Counted from the stretch's first letter, positions 10,124-17,465 are shown. The stretch: 32,000 nt of DNA from Rhodobacter capsulatus SB 1003 (GCF_000021865.1 NC_014034.1:1560001-1592000); one strand, 5' to 3'. A program made the numbers and translations. Notes: a model not told the origin generated them from the sequence alone.

Positions 10124-13100
10124 TCCGCGCGAAGACGATCTGCCCACCGCGGGGCTCGGGCTTGCGGGCCGTCTGACCCGGGGCTTCATCGGCTCGGCGC
10201 TGACGCCCCTGTTCGTGCTGGCGGCGCTGGCTGTCGGGCTGGTGGCGCTTGGCGCGCTCCCGCGCGAGGAAGAGCCGCAGATCTCGGTTCCGATGGTCGA
10301 TATCCATCTTCAGGCGCCGGGCCTGAAGGCGGAAGATGCGATGAAGCTTGTGACCGAGCCGATGGAGACGATCATCACCTCGATCAACGAGGTGGAACAT
10401 GTCTACAGCCAGACGAATGACGATGCCGCGCTGGTGATGGCGCGGTTCATCGTCGGCACCTCGTCGGATGCGGCGATCCTGCGCGTGCATGAAAAGGTCA
10501 AGGCGAACCTTGACCGCATTCCCAAGGGCATCCCCGAGCCGATCATCGTCGGGCGCGGCATCGACGATGTGGCGATCATGTCGCTGACGCTCTCGGCCAG
10601 GCCCGGCAGTCCGATCGGCGCGGCCGATCTGACGCGGATTGCGCGCGAATTGCAGACCGAGGTGACAAAGATCGAGAACGTCGGCCTGACCTATCTCGTC
10701 GGAGAGGCGCGCGAGGTGATCCGCATCGCCCCCGACCCGGAGCGGCTGGCGCTTTACGGCATCACGCTGCAACAGCTTTCCGCCAAGGTCGAACAGGCGA
10801 ACCGCAGCTTTTCGACCGGCCGCTTGCGTGATCAGGGCCAGCAGATCGACCTTGTGGCGGGCAAGACGCTGACCGCGCCCGCCGAGATCGCCGGGCTTTT
10901 GCTGACCGCCCGCGATGGCCGCCCCGTCTATGTCGCCGATGTGGCCGATGTCGCCTATGTGCCCGATACGTCGGAACATCTGGTGGCCAATGTCACCCGC
11001 GCGGGCGATCAGCTGACCCGCTCCCCCGCCGTCACGCTGGCCATCGCCAAACGCGCCGGGGCGAATGCGGTGATCGTGGGCGAAAAGATCCACGAGCGGC
11101 TGGCGGAGCTGGAAGGCAGCCTGATCCCCGAAAGCGTCGATCTGGCCTTTACCCGCGATTATGGCGAGACGGCGAATGAAAAGGCCAACGAGCTGCTGTT
11201 CCATCTGGGGCTGGCCACCATTTCCATCATCGCGCTGGTGTTCTTTGCCATCGGCGGCCGCGAAAGCATCGTCGTCGCCATCGTCATTCCGGTGACGATC
11301 CTTTTGACGCTCTTCGCCGCCAATGCGATGGGCTTCACGCTGAACCGGGTCAGTCTCTTCGCGCTGATCTTTTCCATCGGGATTCTGGTCGACGACGCCA
11401 TCGTGGTGATCGAGAATATCGCCCGGCACTGGGCGATGCCGGGGCCGGGAAGCCGCGTGCGCAAGGCCATCGAGGCGGTGGCCGAGGTCGGCAACCCGAC
11501 CATCGTCGCCACGCTGACCGTGGTCGCGGCGCTGTTGCCGATGCTGGCGGTGGCGGGGCTGATGGGGCCCTACATGTCGCCCATCCCCGCGGTCGCCTCG
11601 GCGGCGATGGTGTTTTCGTTCTTCGTCGCGGTGATCATCACCCCCTGGCTGATGGTGAAGATCGCGGGCCGGGCCGACATGTCGGGCCATGAGGGCGGCG
11701 CCCATGCCCATGGCGGCAAATTGGGCGCGCTCTATGCCCGCGTGGCGCGGCCGGTGCTGGCCACGAAACGCGCGTCCTGGGCGTTCTTGCTGGCCACCAT
11801 CGTGCTGTCCTTCGGCTCGCTCGGTCTGCTTTACACCAAGGATGTCACGGTCAAGCTTCTCCCCTTCGACAACAAGTCGGAGCTGAGCGTGGTGATCGAC
11901 CTGCCCGAGGGCTCCTCGGTCGAGGCGACGGATGCGGTGGCGCAGCAGGTGGCGGCGGCGGTGACGCGCCTGCCCGAGGTGATCTCGGTGCAGACCCATG
12001 CGGGCACGGCCTCGCCCTTCAACTTCAACGGGTTGGTGCGCCATTACTATCTGCGCGGCAGGCCCTGGGAAGGCGATGTGCAGATCAACCTGGCGGGCAA
12101 GGACGCGCGCGACCGCACCAGCCACGAAATCGCGCTTCAGGTCCGCCAGATCGTGACCGCCCTGCCGGTGCCCGCGGGGACCGTGCTGAAGACGGTCGAG
12201 CCGCCCCCCGGCCCCCCCGTCATCGCGACGCTTCTGGCCGAGGTCTATGGCCCCGATGCCGAAACCCGGCGTGCGGCGGCGGGGCAGATCGAGACGGCCT
12301 TCCGCTCCGTCCCCTTCGTCGTCGATGTGGACACGAGCTTTGGCGAACAGGCGCGCAGGCTGCGCGCGACGATCGACCCCGACAATCTCGATTTCTACGC
12401 GGTCGAGGAAAGCGATGTCTTTGACACGCTTGGGCTTTTGAACGGCCAGACCACGGTCGGCTATTCGCATCGTGGTGCGGAACGGATGCCCTTGCCGATC
12501 GTGATGGAACGGGCCAAGGGCGCGAAGGTGATGGATGCGGCGACGCTCTCCACCCCCATTCCCGCCAATCTTCTGCCCGGGGCGCGCGGGGTGGTCGAAC
12601 TGGGCGATGTCGTCACGGTGACGCCGGAAACGACCAGTTTCCCGATCTTTCGCCACAACGGCCGCGCCGCTGAGATGGTGACGGCAGAGCTTGCGGGCAC
12701 GTTCGAGGCACCGCTTTACGGCATGCTGGCGGTGGGCGAGGCGATCGAGGCGATGGACTGGGCCCCGGGCACGAAGCCCGAGATCAGCCTGCATGGCCAG
12801 CCCGAGGATGAAAGCCATGTGACGCTGCTTTGGGACGGCGAGTGGGAGGTGACCTGGGTGACCTTCCGCGACATGGGCGGCGCCTTCGGCATCGCGCTTG
12901 TGGGCATCTACATTCTGGTGGTGGCGCAGTTCGGCTCGTTCCGGCTGCCGCTGGTGGTGCTGACGCCGGTGCCGCTGACGTTCCTTGGCATCATGCTGGG
13001 TCACATGATGTTTTCGGCGCCGTTTTCCGCCACCTCGATGATCGGCTTCATCGCGCTGGCGGGGATCATCGTGCGAAACTCGATCCTGCTGGTCGATTTC

Positions 13101-13334
13101 ATCCGCCACGCGGATCGGACGGGCAAGACCGAGATCGAGATCCTGATCGAGGCGGGGGCGATCCGGTTCAAGCCGATCCTGCTCACCGCGGTGGCGGCGA
13201 TGATCGGGGCGGCGGTGATCCTGTTCGACCCGATCTTTCAGGGGCTCGCCATTTCGCTTTTGTTCGGGCTGCTCAGCTCGACGCTGCTGACGGTTCTGGT
13301 GATCCCGGCGATCTATCGCATCTTCAAGACCTGA
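10116..13334 (+). CDS. Efflux RND transporter permease (AcrB/AcrD/AcrF superfamily), 1072 aa
   Basis: ATG at 10116 overlaps the adaptor stop by 8 nt. Twelve-TM/two-loop RND architecture with motifs FALIFSIGILVDDAIVVIENI and GFIALAGIIVRNSILLVDF. Confidence 0.93.
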   Translation: MNDPREDDLPTAGLGLAGRLTRGFIGSALTPLFVLAALAVGLVALGALPREEEPQISVPMVDIHLQAPGLKAEDAMKLVTEPMETIITSINEVEHVYSQTNDDAALVMARFIVGTSSDAAILRVHEKVKANLDRIPKGIPEPIIVGRGIDDVAIMSLTLSARPGSPIGAADLTRIARELQTEVTKIENVGLTYLVGEAREVIRIAPDPERLALYGITLQQLSAKVEQANRSFSTGRLRDQGQQIDLVAGKTLTAPAEIAGLLLTARDGRPVYVADVADVAYVPDTSEHLVANVTRAGDQLTRSPAVTLAIAKRAGANAVIVGEKIHERLAELEGSLIPESVDLAFTRDYGETANEKANELLFHLGLATISIIALVFFAIGGRESIVVAIVIPVTILLTLFAANAMGFTLNRVSLFALIFSIGILVDDAIVVIENIARHWAMPGPGSRVRKAIEAVAEVGNPTIVATLTVVAALLPMLAVAGLMGPYMSPIPAVASAAMVFSFFVAVIITPWLMVKIAGRADMSGHEGGAHAHGGKLGALYARVARPVLATKRASWAFLLATIVLSFGSLGLLYTKDVTVKLLPFDNKSELSVVIDLPEGSSVEATDAVAQQVAAAVTRLPEVISVQTHAGTASPFNFNGLVRHYYLRGRPWEGDVQINLAGKDARDRTSHEIALQVRQIVTALPVPAGTVLKTVEPPPGPPVIATLLAEVYGPDAETRRAAAGQIETAFRSVPFVVDVDTSFGEQARRLRATIDPDNLDFYAVEESDVFDTLGLLNGQTTVGYSHRGAERMPLPIVMERAKGAKVMDAATLSTPIPANLLPGARGVVELGDVVTVTPETTSFPIFRHNGRAAEMVTAELAGTFEAPLYGMLAVGEAIEAMDWAPGTKPEISLHGQPEDESHVTLLWDGEWEVTWVTFRDMGGAFGIALVGIYILVVAQFGSFRLPLVVLTPVPLTFLGIMLGHMMFSAPFSATSMIGFIALAGIIVRNSILLVDFIRHADRTGKTEIEILIEAGAIRFKPILLTAVAAMIGAAVILFDPIFQGLAISLLFGLLSSTLLTVLVIPAIYRIFKT

Positions 13335-13345
13335 GGGCCCCGAAA

Positions 13346-13375
13346 GCGCCCCCGGGCCCCGGGGGCGCCGGGTTT
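13346..13375 (+). terminator. Intrinsic terminator of the RND operon
   Basis: GCGCCCCCGG-GCC-CCGGGGGCGC: perfect 10-bp stem, followed by CGGGTTTC. Confidence 0.8.
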
Positions 13376-13413
13376 CCCGACTGCGACACTCAGACATCCG
13401 GGGCAAAAGACAT

Positions 13414-13428
13414 GCGACGGAATGTCGC
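13414..13428. promoter_or_regulatory. RegA/PrrA-type binding site candidate (GCGAC-N5-GTCGC)
   Basis: GCGACGGAATGTCGC fits the GCGNC-N5-GNCGC inverted-repeat description of PrrA sites, and 10 of 11 specified positions of the RegA consensus G(C/T)G(G/C)(G/C)(G/A)NN(T/A)(T/A)NNCGC. More TGCGAC/GTCGCA hexamers at 13382-13387 and 13475-13480. Confidence 0.4.
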
Positions 13429-13513
13429 AGACGAATTTTGTTCCGACTCTCGCGCAAAGGCGTAACGTGGTCTTGTCGCACGCAGGCGATGTCATCATGG
13501 AGGCTTGATAGAT

Positions 13514-13576
13514 ATGAAGAATCTTGATCCGGTTTCTGTTTTGACGCTGATGCTGCAGGCTGCTTCCCTGCGGTGA
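13514..13576 (+). CDS. Mini-ORF, 20 aa (MKNLDPVSVLTLMLQAASLR); speculative
   Basis: ATG lies 11 nt after a GGAGG (13498-13502). However, 9 of 20 codons end in A/T, unlike host genes, so coding status is doubtful. Confidence 0.2.
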   Translation: MKNLDPVSVLTLMLQAASLR

Positions 13577-13763
13577 CAGGCTGACGCCTGACCGGTTTGT
13601 ACAAGTCTCGAGGTTCGGAAAGACGGCGCGTCAACTGCGCATGGGGCGTTCCATGCAGGCGTGAGGGTGGTCGATTCGGCCGGACAGCAAATGCGGTGAA
13701 AGCTCGGCAATGCCGTCTGCGGCTTGGCGAAAAGACAGTTTCCCGGATACGTCCGACACAGGG

Positions 13764-13798
13764 GGCCGATCCCGGCGACGGGGTTGGCCTTTTCCTTT
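13764..13798 (+). terminator. Strand-specific intrinsic terminator (plus strand), 33 nt from the 3' end of sqrR
   Basis: GGCCGATCCCG-GCGA-CGGGGTTGGCC: 11-bp stem with two G-U pairs (which would be A-C mismatches on the minus strand) and a GNRA loop, followed by TTTTCCTTTG. Confidence 0.75.
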
Positions 13799-13831
13799 GC
13801 CCGTGCCGTTCGGGGGCGGGTGCCGCGCGTT

Positions 13832-14164
13832 TCAGTCGCCCGAGCAGAACTGCTCGTAGACCGTCTGCACCACGCGGGCGGCGCGCGGATCGGAGAGCGA
13901 ATAATAGATCGTCTTGCCCTCGCGACGGCTTTGCACCAGCCCCTCGAGCCGCAGCCGCGCCAGTTGCTGGCTGACCGCCGCCTGCCGCGTGGACAGCCGG
14001 GTTTCCAGCTCGGTCACCGATTTCTCGCCCGAGGCGAGATAGCACATGATCATCAACCGGCCTTCGTGCGCCAGCGCCTTGAGCAGGTTCGAGGCCGCCC
14101 GCGCCCGTGTCGCCATTTCCTCGGCGTCCAGCGCCGCGCAGCGCTCGTCCGTGTCGGACCCCAT
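13832..14164 (-). CDS. sqrR: ArsR/SmtB-family persulfide-sensing repressor SqrR, 110 aa from the second in-frame ATG (124 aa if started at 14206)
   Basis: wHTH core LLKALAHEGRLMIMCYLASGEKSVTELETRLSTRQAAVSQQLARLRLEGLV. From the ATG at 14164 the cysteines fall at 9, 41 and 107, the numbering I recall for R. capsulatus SqrR. C-terminal ...VYEQFCSGD. Confidence 0.92.
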   Translation of the reverse strand: MGSDTDERCAALDAEEMATRARAASNLLKALAHEGRLMIMCYLASGEKSVTELETRLSTRQAAVSQQLARLRLEGLVQSRREGKTIYYSLSDPRAARVVQTVYEQFCSGD

Positions 14165-14322
14165 TTCGGGATCGAAATCGTCTTGCGGGTCTTGGGCAGT
14201 ATCCATTGCCAAGTCGGCTTCCTCGTGCTCGCGGGTCGGGGCATCGGACGGGCATAGCACGGCTGCGGCGCGGAATCGAGAGCGGCGTGGGGGCAGGGGG
14301 CCCGGATCAGGTGTCGAACGGA

Positions 14323-14451
14323 TCAGGCTTGAAGCGGATTTCGGGCGGCGGCGCGGGCGGCAAGCGCGCGGCGCAGACGGCTGCCCGCCTCGCGCAGCGC
14401 CACGAACAGGATGAAGCCGACCGCAAGCGCGTCGAAACCGGGGAAGTCCAT
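14323..14451 (-). CDS. Candidate unannotated small membrane protein, 42 aa (MDFPGFDALAVGFILFVALREAGSRLRRALAARAAARNPLQA); speculative
   Basis: ATG at 14451 preceded by AAGGCAGGGA. One hydrophobic helix then a basic tail. 34 of 42 codons end in G/C. Too short for the supplied ORF track. Confidence 0.2.
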   Translation of the reverse strand: MDFPGFDALAVGFILFVALREAGSRLRRALAARAAARNPLQA

Positions 14452-14540
14452 CTGATCCCTGCCTTAGCTGTGAAGTCCCGCCCGTGGTGCGGCATGATTG
14501 TGGCGCAACCGGGGCGCGGGTGGGGAATAACCGCGTCACG

Positions 14541-14584
14541 CCGCGCCGCGCGGGGGCTTGACCGCGACGGCGCGGCGCGGCTTT
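14541..14584 (+). other. Terminator-like hairpin in the leader of the CorA-family gene
   Basis: CCGCGCCGCG (14541-14550) / CGCGGCGCGG (14571-14580): perfect 10-bp stem with 20-nt loop, followed by CTTTG. Lies 46 nt upstream of the ATG at 14630. Confidence 0.35.
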
Positions 14585-14629
14585 GTGGGGCGGACCCGCC
14601 ATCCCGGCGGCCCCATCCTGCGAGGGCGC

Positions 14630-15598
14630 ATGCTGCACGCCTACAAGCCGCTGCCGCGCGGGCTCGCCCGCCTTGGCCAGCAAAGCCCGACCGAGATCGG
14701 CGCCGATCTGGAACAGGCGTTCTGGATCGATCTTTACCGTCCGCTCGACAGCCAGGTGGTGGCGGTGGCGGCGCTGGGCGTCGAGGTGCCGACGCTGGCC
14801 GACATGGAAGAGATCGAGATCTCGAACCGGCTTTACCGCGAGGAGGGGGTGGATGTGATGACCGTGGTGCTGCCCGGTCACACGCCCTCGGGCGAGCATA
14901 TTTCCGGGCCGGTCAGCTTCATCCTGTCGTCCGCGCGGCTGGTGACGGTGCGCCACCACGCGCCGCGCAGCTTTGCCACCTATCCCGAACGGGCCGAGCG
15001 CACGACCGCGGGCTGCCGCACGCCCGAGCGGATCTTTCTGGGGCTGATCGAGGAAATCGTCGCGCGGCAGGCCGATCTGCTGGAGGCGGCGGGCAAGACG
15101 CTGGATCAGGTGTCGGCGCGGGTGCTGGGCCAGGCGCGGCCGATGGAGCTGAAGGCGGCGCTGGGCGAGGTGGGCAAGCAGGGCGAGCTTCTGGGTCACA
15201 TCCGGCTGGCGCTTTTGACGCTGGAGCGGGCCTTGTCCTTTTATGATCAGACGCTTGCCACGCATCCGCAGGGGGGCGAGCTGCGCCCTCTCGCCAAGGC
15301 GCTGATGCGCGACATCACGGCGCTGGCGGTGCATAACGACTATCTGTCCTCGCGGGTGTCGCTGACCGTCGATGCGACGCTGGGCATGATCAACCTGGCG
15401 CAGAACAACACCGTGCGGATCCTGTCGGTGGTGACGGCGCTGTTCCTGCCGCCGACGCTGATCGCCTCGGCCTATGGGATGAACTTCGCCAACATGCCGG
15501 AACTGAGCCAGCCCTGGGGCTATCCTTTCGCGCTGGCGCTGATGGTGGCCTCGGCCTTTCTGTCCTGGGCCTTCTTCAAATGGAAGGACTGGCTTTAG
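14630..15598 (+). CDS. CorA-family divalent metal ion transporter, 322 aa
   Basis: C-terminal two-TM region with the signature YGMNF (GMN motif) ...LIASAYGMNFANMPEL. Start at MLHAYKP after GAGGG. Confidence 0.9.
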   Translation: MLHAYKPLPRGLARLGQQSPTEIGADLEQAFWIDLYRPLDSQVVAVAALGVEVPTLADMEEIEISNRLYREEGVDVMTVVLPGHTPSGEHISGPVSFILSSARLVTVRHHAPRSFATYPERAERTTAGCRTPERIFLGLIEEIVARQADLLEAAGKTLDQVSARVLGQARPMELKAALGEVGKQGELLGHIRLALLTLERALSFYDQTLATHPQGGELRPLAKALMRDITALAVHNDYLSSRVSLTVDATLGMINLAQNNTVRILSVVTALFLPPTLIASAYGMNFANMPELSQPWGYPFALALMVASAFLSWAFFKWKDWL

Positions 15599-15667
15599 GG
15601 CTTGCGCCCTCGCGCGGCTCGGGCGCCCGGAACGCGGCCATTTGCGGCGCCCGCACCCCCCGCCTGC

Positions 15668-15717
15668 GGGGGACGATGTCCCCCGCGCCCCCTTGCGTAT
15701 TTGCGCCAAGAAGAAAC
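15668..15717 (+). repeat. Intergenic repeat, copy B (GGGGG-N7-CCCCC-GCG-CCCCC-TTGCG-TATTTG-CGC-CAAGAAGAAAC)
   Basis: Block-for-block match to copy A (1962-2013, minus strand), with different hairpin-loop and spacer bases. Confidence 0.5.
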
Positions 15718-15747
15718 CCCTGCCGTTTCTTCTTGGCATAAATACGC
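15695..15747. repeat. 53-nt imperfect palindrome between convergent genes
   Basis: GCGTATTTGCGCCAAGAAGAAAC / GTTTCTTCTTGGCATAAATACGC around a 7-nt centre CCCTGCC. The inner 12 bp are perfect and A/T-rich. Flanked by direct CCCCTTGCG at 15689-15697 and 15747-15755. Confidence 0.7.
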
Positions 15748-15770
15748 CCCTTGCGACGGCGCCGCCGGGG

Positions 15771-16346
15771 CTAGCGTTCGAGGATCATCCGGCGGTCGTC
15801 GAACTGCACCTTGCCGAAGCGGGTCAGGTAGCTCATGCCCAGAAGCGAGCCCTCCATGACGCCGCGATTGACCACCGCCGCCACGTCGCGGTCGGTGAAG
15901 GGGCCGACGCTGAGACTGTCGAGCCGCACCGGCGCCGTGGCCACCTCGCCATTCGCGGTGAAGGCGCGGCCGATATAGGCGAGCGCGCCGGTGTCGATGC
16001 CCGCCCGCTCCGCATCCGCGCGGCTGAGCACGATCTGCGAGGCGCCGGTGTCGATGACGAAATCGATCGTGGCGCCGTTCACTTGCGCCTGCAGGTAATA
16101 ATGCCCGTCCGCGCGCAGCGGCAGCTCGATCCGGCCCGATTGCGTCACCGTCTGCGCGGGCAGGATCGCGGCGCGGACATCGGGCCAGATCCCCGCCACG
16201 GCGACCACGCCCAGAAAGATCAGCGCCCAGATCATCAGCTGTTGCAGCGCCTGTCCGGGGCGGCGGCGCAGCGCCGCGACCAGATAGCCGCCGATCGCCA
16301 GAAGCAGCAGAAGATAATAGATCACACGCGGGATATCGGGGTCCAT
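15771..16346 (-). CDS. Retropepsin-like (clan AA) aspartic protease with N-terminal TM segments, 191 aa
   Basis: Catalytic DTGA in FVIDTGASQIVLS. Two N-terminal hydrophobic helices. Start at MDPDIPRV (16346) after GGAGG. Architecture matches the TIGR02281-type family. Confidence 0.85.
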   Translation of the reverse strand: MDPDIPRVIYYLLLLLAIGGYLVAALRRRPGQALQQLMIWALIFLGVVAVAGIWPDVRAAILPAQTVTQSGRIELPLRADGHYYLQAQVNGATIDFVIDTGASQIVLSRADAERAGIDTGALAYIGRAFTANGEVATAPVRLDSLSVGPFTDRDVAAVVNRGVMEGSLLGMSYLTRFGKVQFDDRRMILER

Positions 16347-16387
16347 GGTGCCTCCTGCCCCCGATGTAGGGGCGCAAGGCCGCCCTG

Positions 16388-17020
16388 TCACCCCCCGAAC
16401 GAAGCGGCGATGATCCCCGCCCCGCGCAGCCCGTCGAGGATGAACTGCACCGCCAGCGCGGCGAGCAGCATCCCCAGAAGCCGCGTCACCACCATCGTTC
16501 CGGTCCGCCCCAGCGCGCGCTCGAGCGGCGTGGCGAGCAGGAACAGCACGAAGACGCAGGCCAGCACCAGCGCCATCACTGCCATCACCGCCGCCAGATG
16601 CAGCCCGCCCGTGCCAGATCCCGCCAGAAGGATCATCGTCGCCATCGCCCCGGGCCCCGCCAGCAGCGGCGTGGCCAGCGGAAAGACCGAAGGATCGGGG
16701 GCATGCGGCTCGGCCGATTGCCCCTCGCGGCGCTGGGTGCGGCGCTCGAACAGCATGTCCAGCGCGGTCAGGAACAGAAGCACCCCGCCCGCGATGCGAA
16801 AGGCGGGCATCGAAATGCCGATGCCGCGCAGCAGTGCATCGCCGAAAAGCCCGAAGGCGGTCAGCAGGATCGCGGCAATGACCAGCGCGCGGATGCCCAC
16901 GGTGCGGCGCATGCCGGCGCTCATCCCCTGCGTCAGCGCAAGGAAAAGCGGCACGAGGCCGATCGGATCGACCACGACGAAAAGGGTGACGAAGGCGGTG
17001 ACGAATTCAGGCGTGTTCAT
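16388..17020 (-). CDS. MarC-family (UPF0056) integral membrane protein, 210 aa
   Basis: MNTPEFVTAFVTLFVVVDPIGLVPLFLALT... is a typical MarC N-terminus. Six predicted TM helices. Confidence 0.9.
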   Translation of the reverse strand: MNTPEFVTAFVTLFVVVDPIGLVPLFLALTQGMSAGMRRTVGIRALVIAAILLTAFGLFGDALLRGIGISMPAFRIAGGVLLFLTALDMLFERRTQRREGQSAEPHAPDPSVFPLATPLLAGPGAMATMILLAGSGTGGLHLAAVMAVMALVLACVFVLFLLATPLERALGRTGTMVVTRLLGMLLAALAVQFILDGLRGAGIIAASFGG

Positions 17021-17068
17021 GACGGCGACCCTAGCCGGTTGCGCGGGCGCACGCCAGTGGCGGCCAGA

Positions 17069-17428
17069 TCAGAGCGGGGTGTCCTCCTCGGGGTCGGGGG
17101 GCATCACGGCGCGGATCTTCGCGGCGAGCGTGCGCGCCCCCGCCGCGATGCGCGTGTCGGCATGCGCCCCCGCCAGCCGCAACAGATGGTGCAGCGCCGC
17201 CATCTCGTCTTGCGTCAGCACCAGCGGCGGCAGCGCCACCGGGCGGCGCAGGATGTAGCCCACGCCGCGTTCGCCCTCGATCGGCACGCCGTAATCGACA
17301 AGCTTGGCCATGTCGCGCCAGATCGTGCGCTCCGACACCCCGAGTCGCGCCGCCACGTCGCGCGCCCGGAGCAACTCGCCGTCGCGCAGGAGCATCAGGA
17401 TTTGTTCGAACCTTTCGTTGCGTGTCAT
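17069..17428 (-). CDS. Stand-alone HTH regulator (YafY/DeoR-type HTH_11 domain only), 119 aa
   Basis: RFEQILMLLRDGELLRARDVAARLGVSERTIWRDMAKLVDYGVPIEGERGVGY. Start at MTRNERF (17428) after GGAGGGA. No WYL-type C-terminal domain. Confidence 0.8.
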   Translation of the reverse strand: MTRNERFEQILMLLRDGELLRARDVAARLGVSERTIWRDMAKLVDYGVPIEGERGVGYILRRPVALPPLVLTQDEMAALHHLLRLAGAHADTRIAAGARTLAAKIRAVMPPDPEEDTPL

Positions 17429-17465
17429 CGTCCCTCCGGGGGGCAGGATCGCACATCCGGGCGCA

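Larger units (their letters stand above)
13470..13798 (+). ncRNA. Candidate sRNA or small-ORF-bearing transcript (5' end not determined; 3' end set by terminator 13764-13798)
   Basis: Visibly A/T-richer non-coding stretch bounded by two plus-strand terminators. No convincing protein-sized ORF. The strand-specific terminator implies a plus-strand transcript. Confidence 0.3.

Noticed and set aside
13525-13530. TGATCC hexamer resembling the -35 of Rhodobacter RpoE-type promoters, inside the mini-ORF.
   Set aside because: No matching -10 element at the required spacing.
13597-13974. 125-aa plus-strand ORF (TTG start) spanning the orphan unit and running antisense into sqrR.
   Set aside because: Arg/Cys/Gly-rich translation with mixed third-position composition. 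It crosses a strong terminator and overlaps sqrR on the opposite strand.
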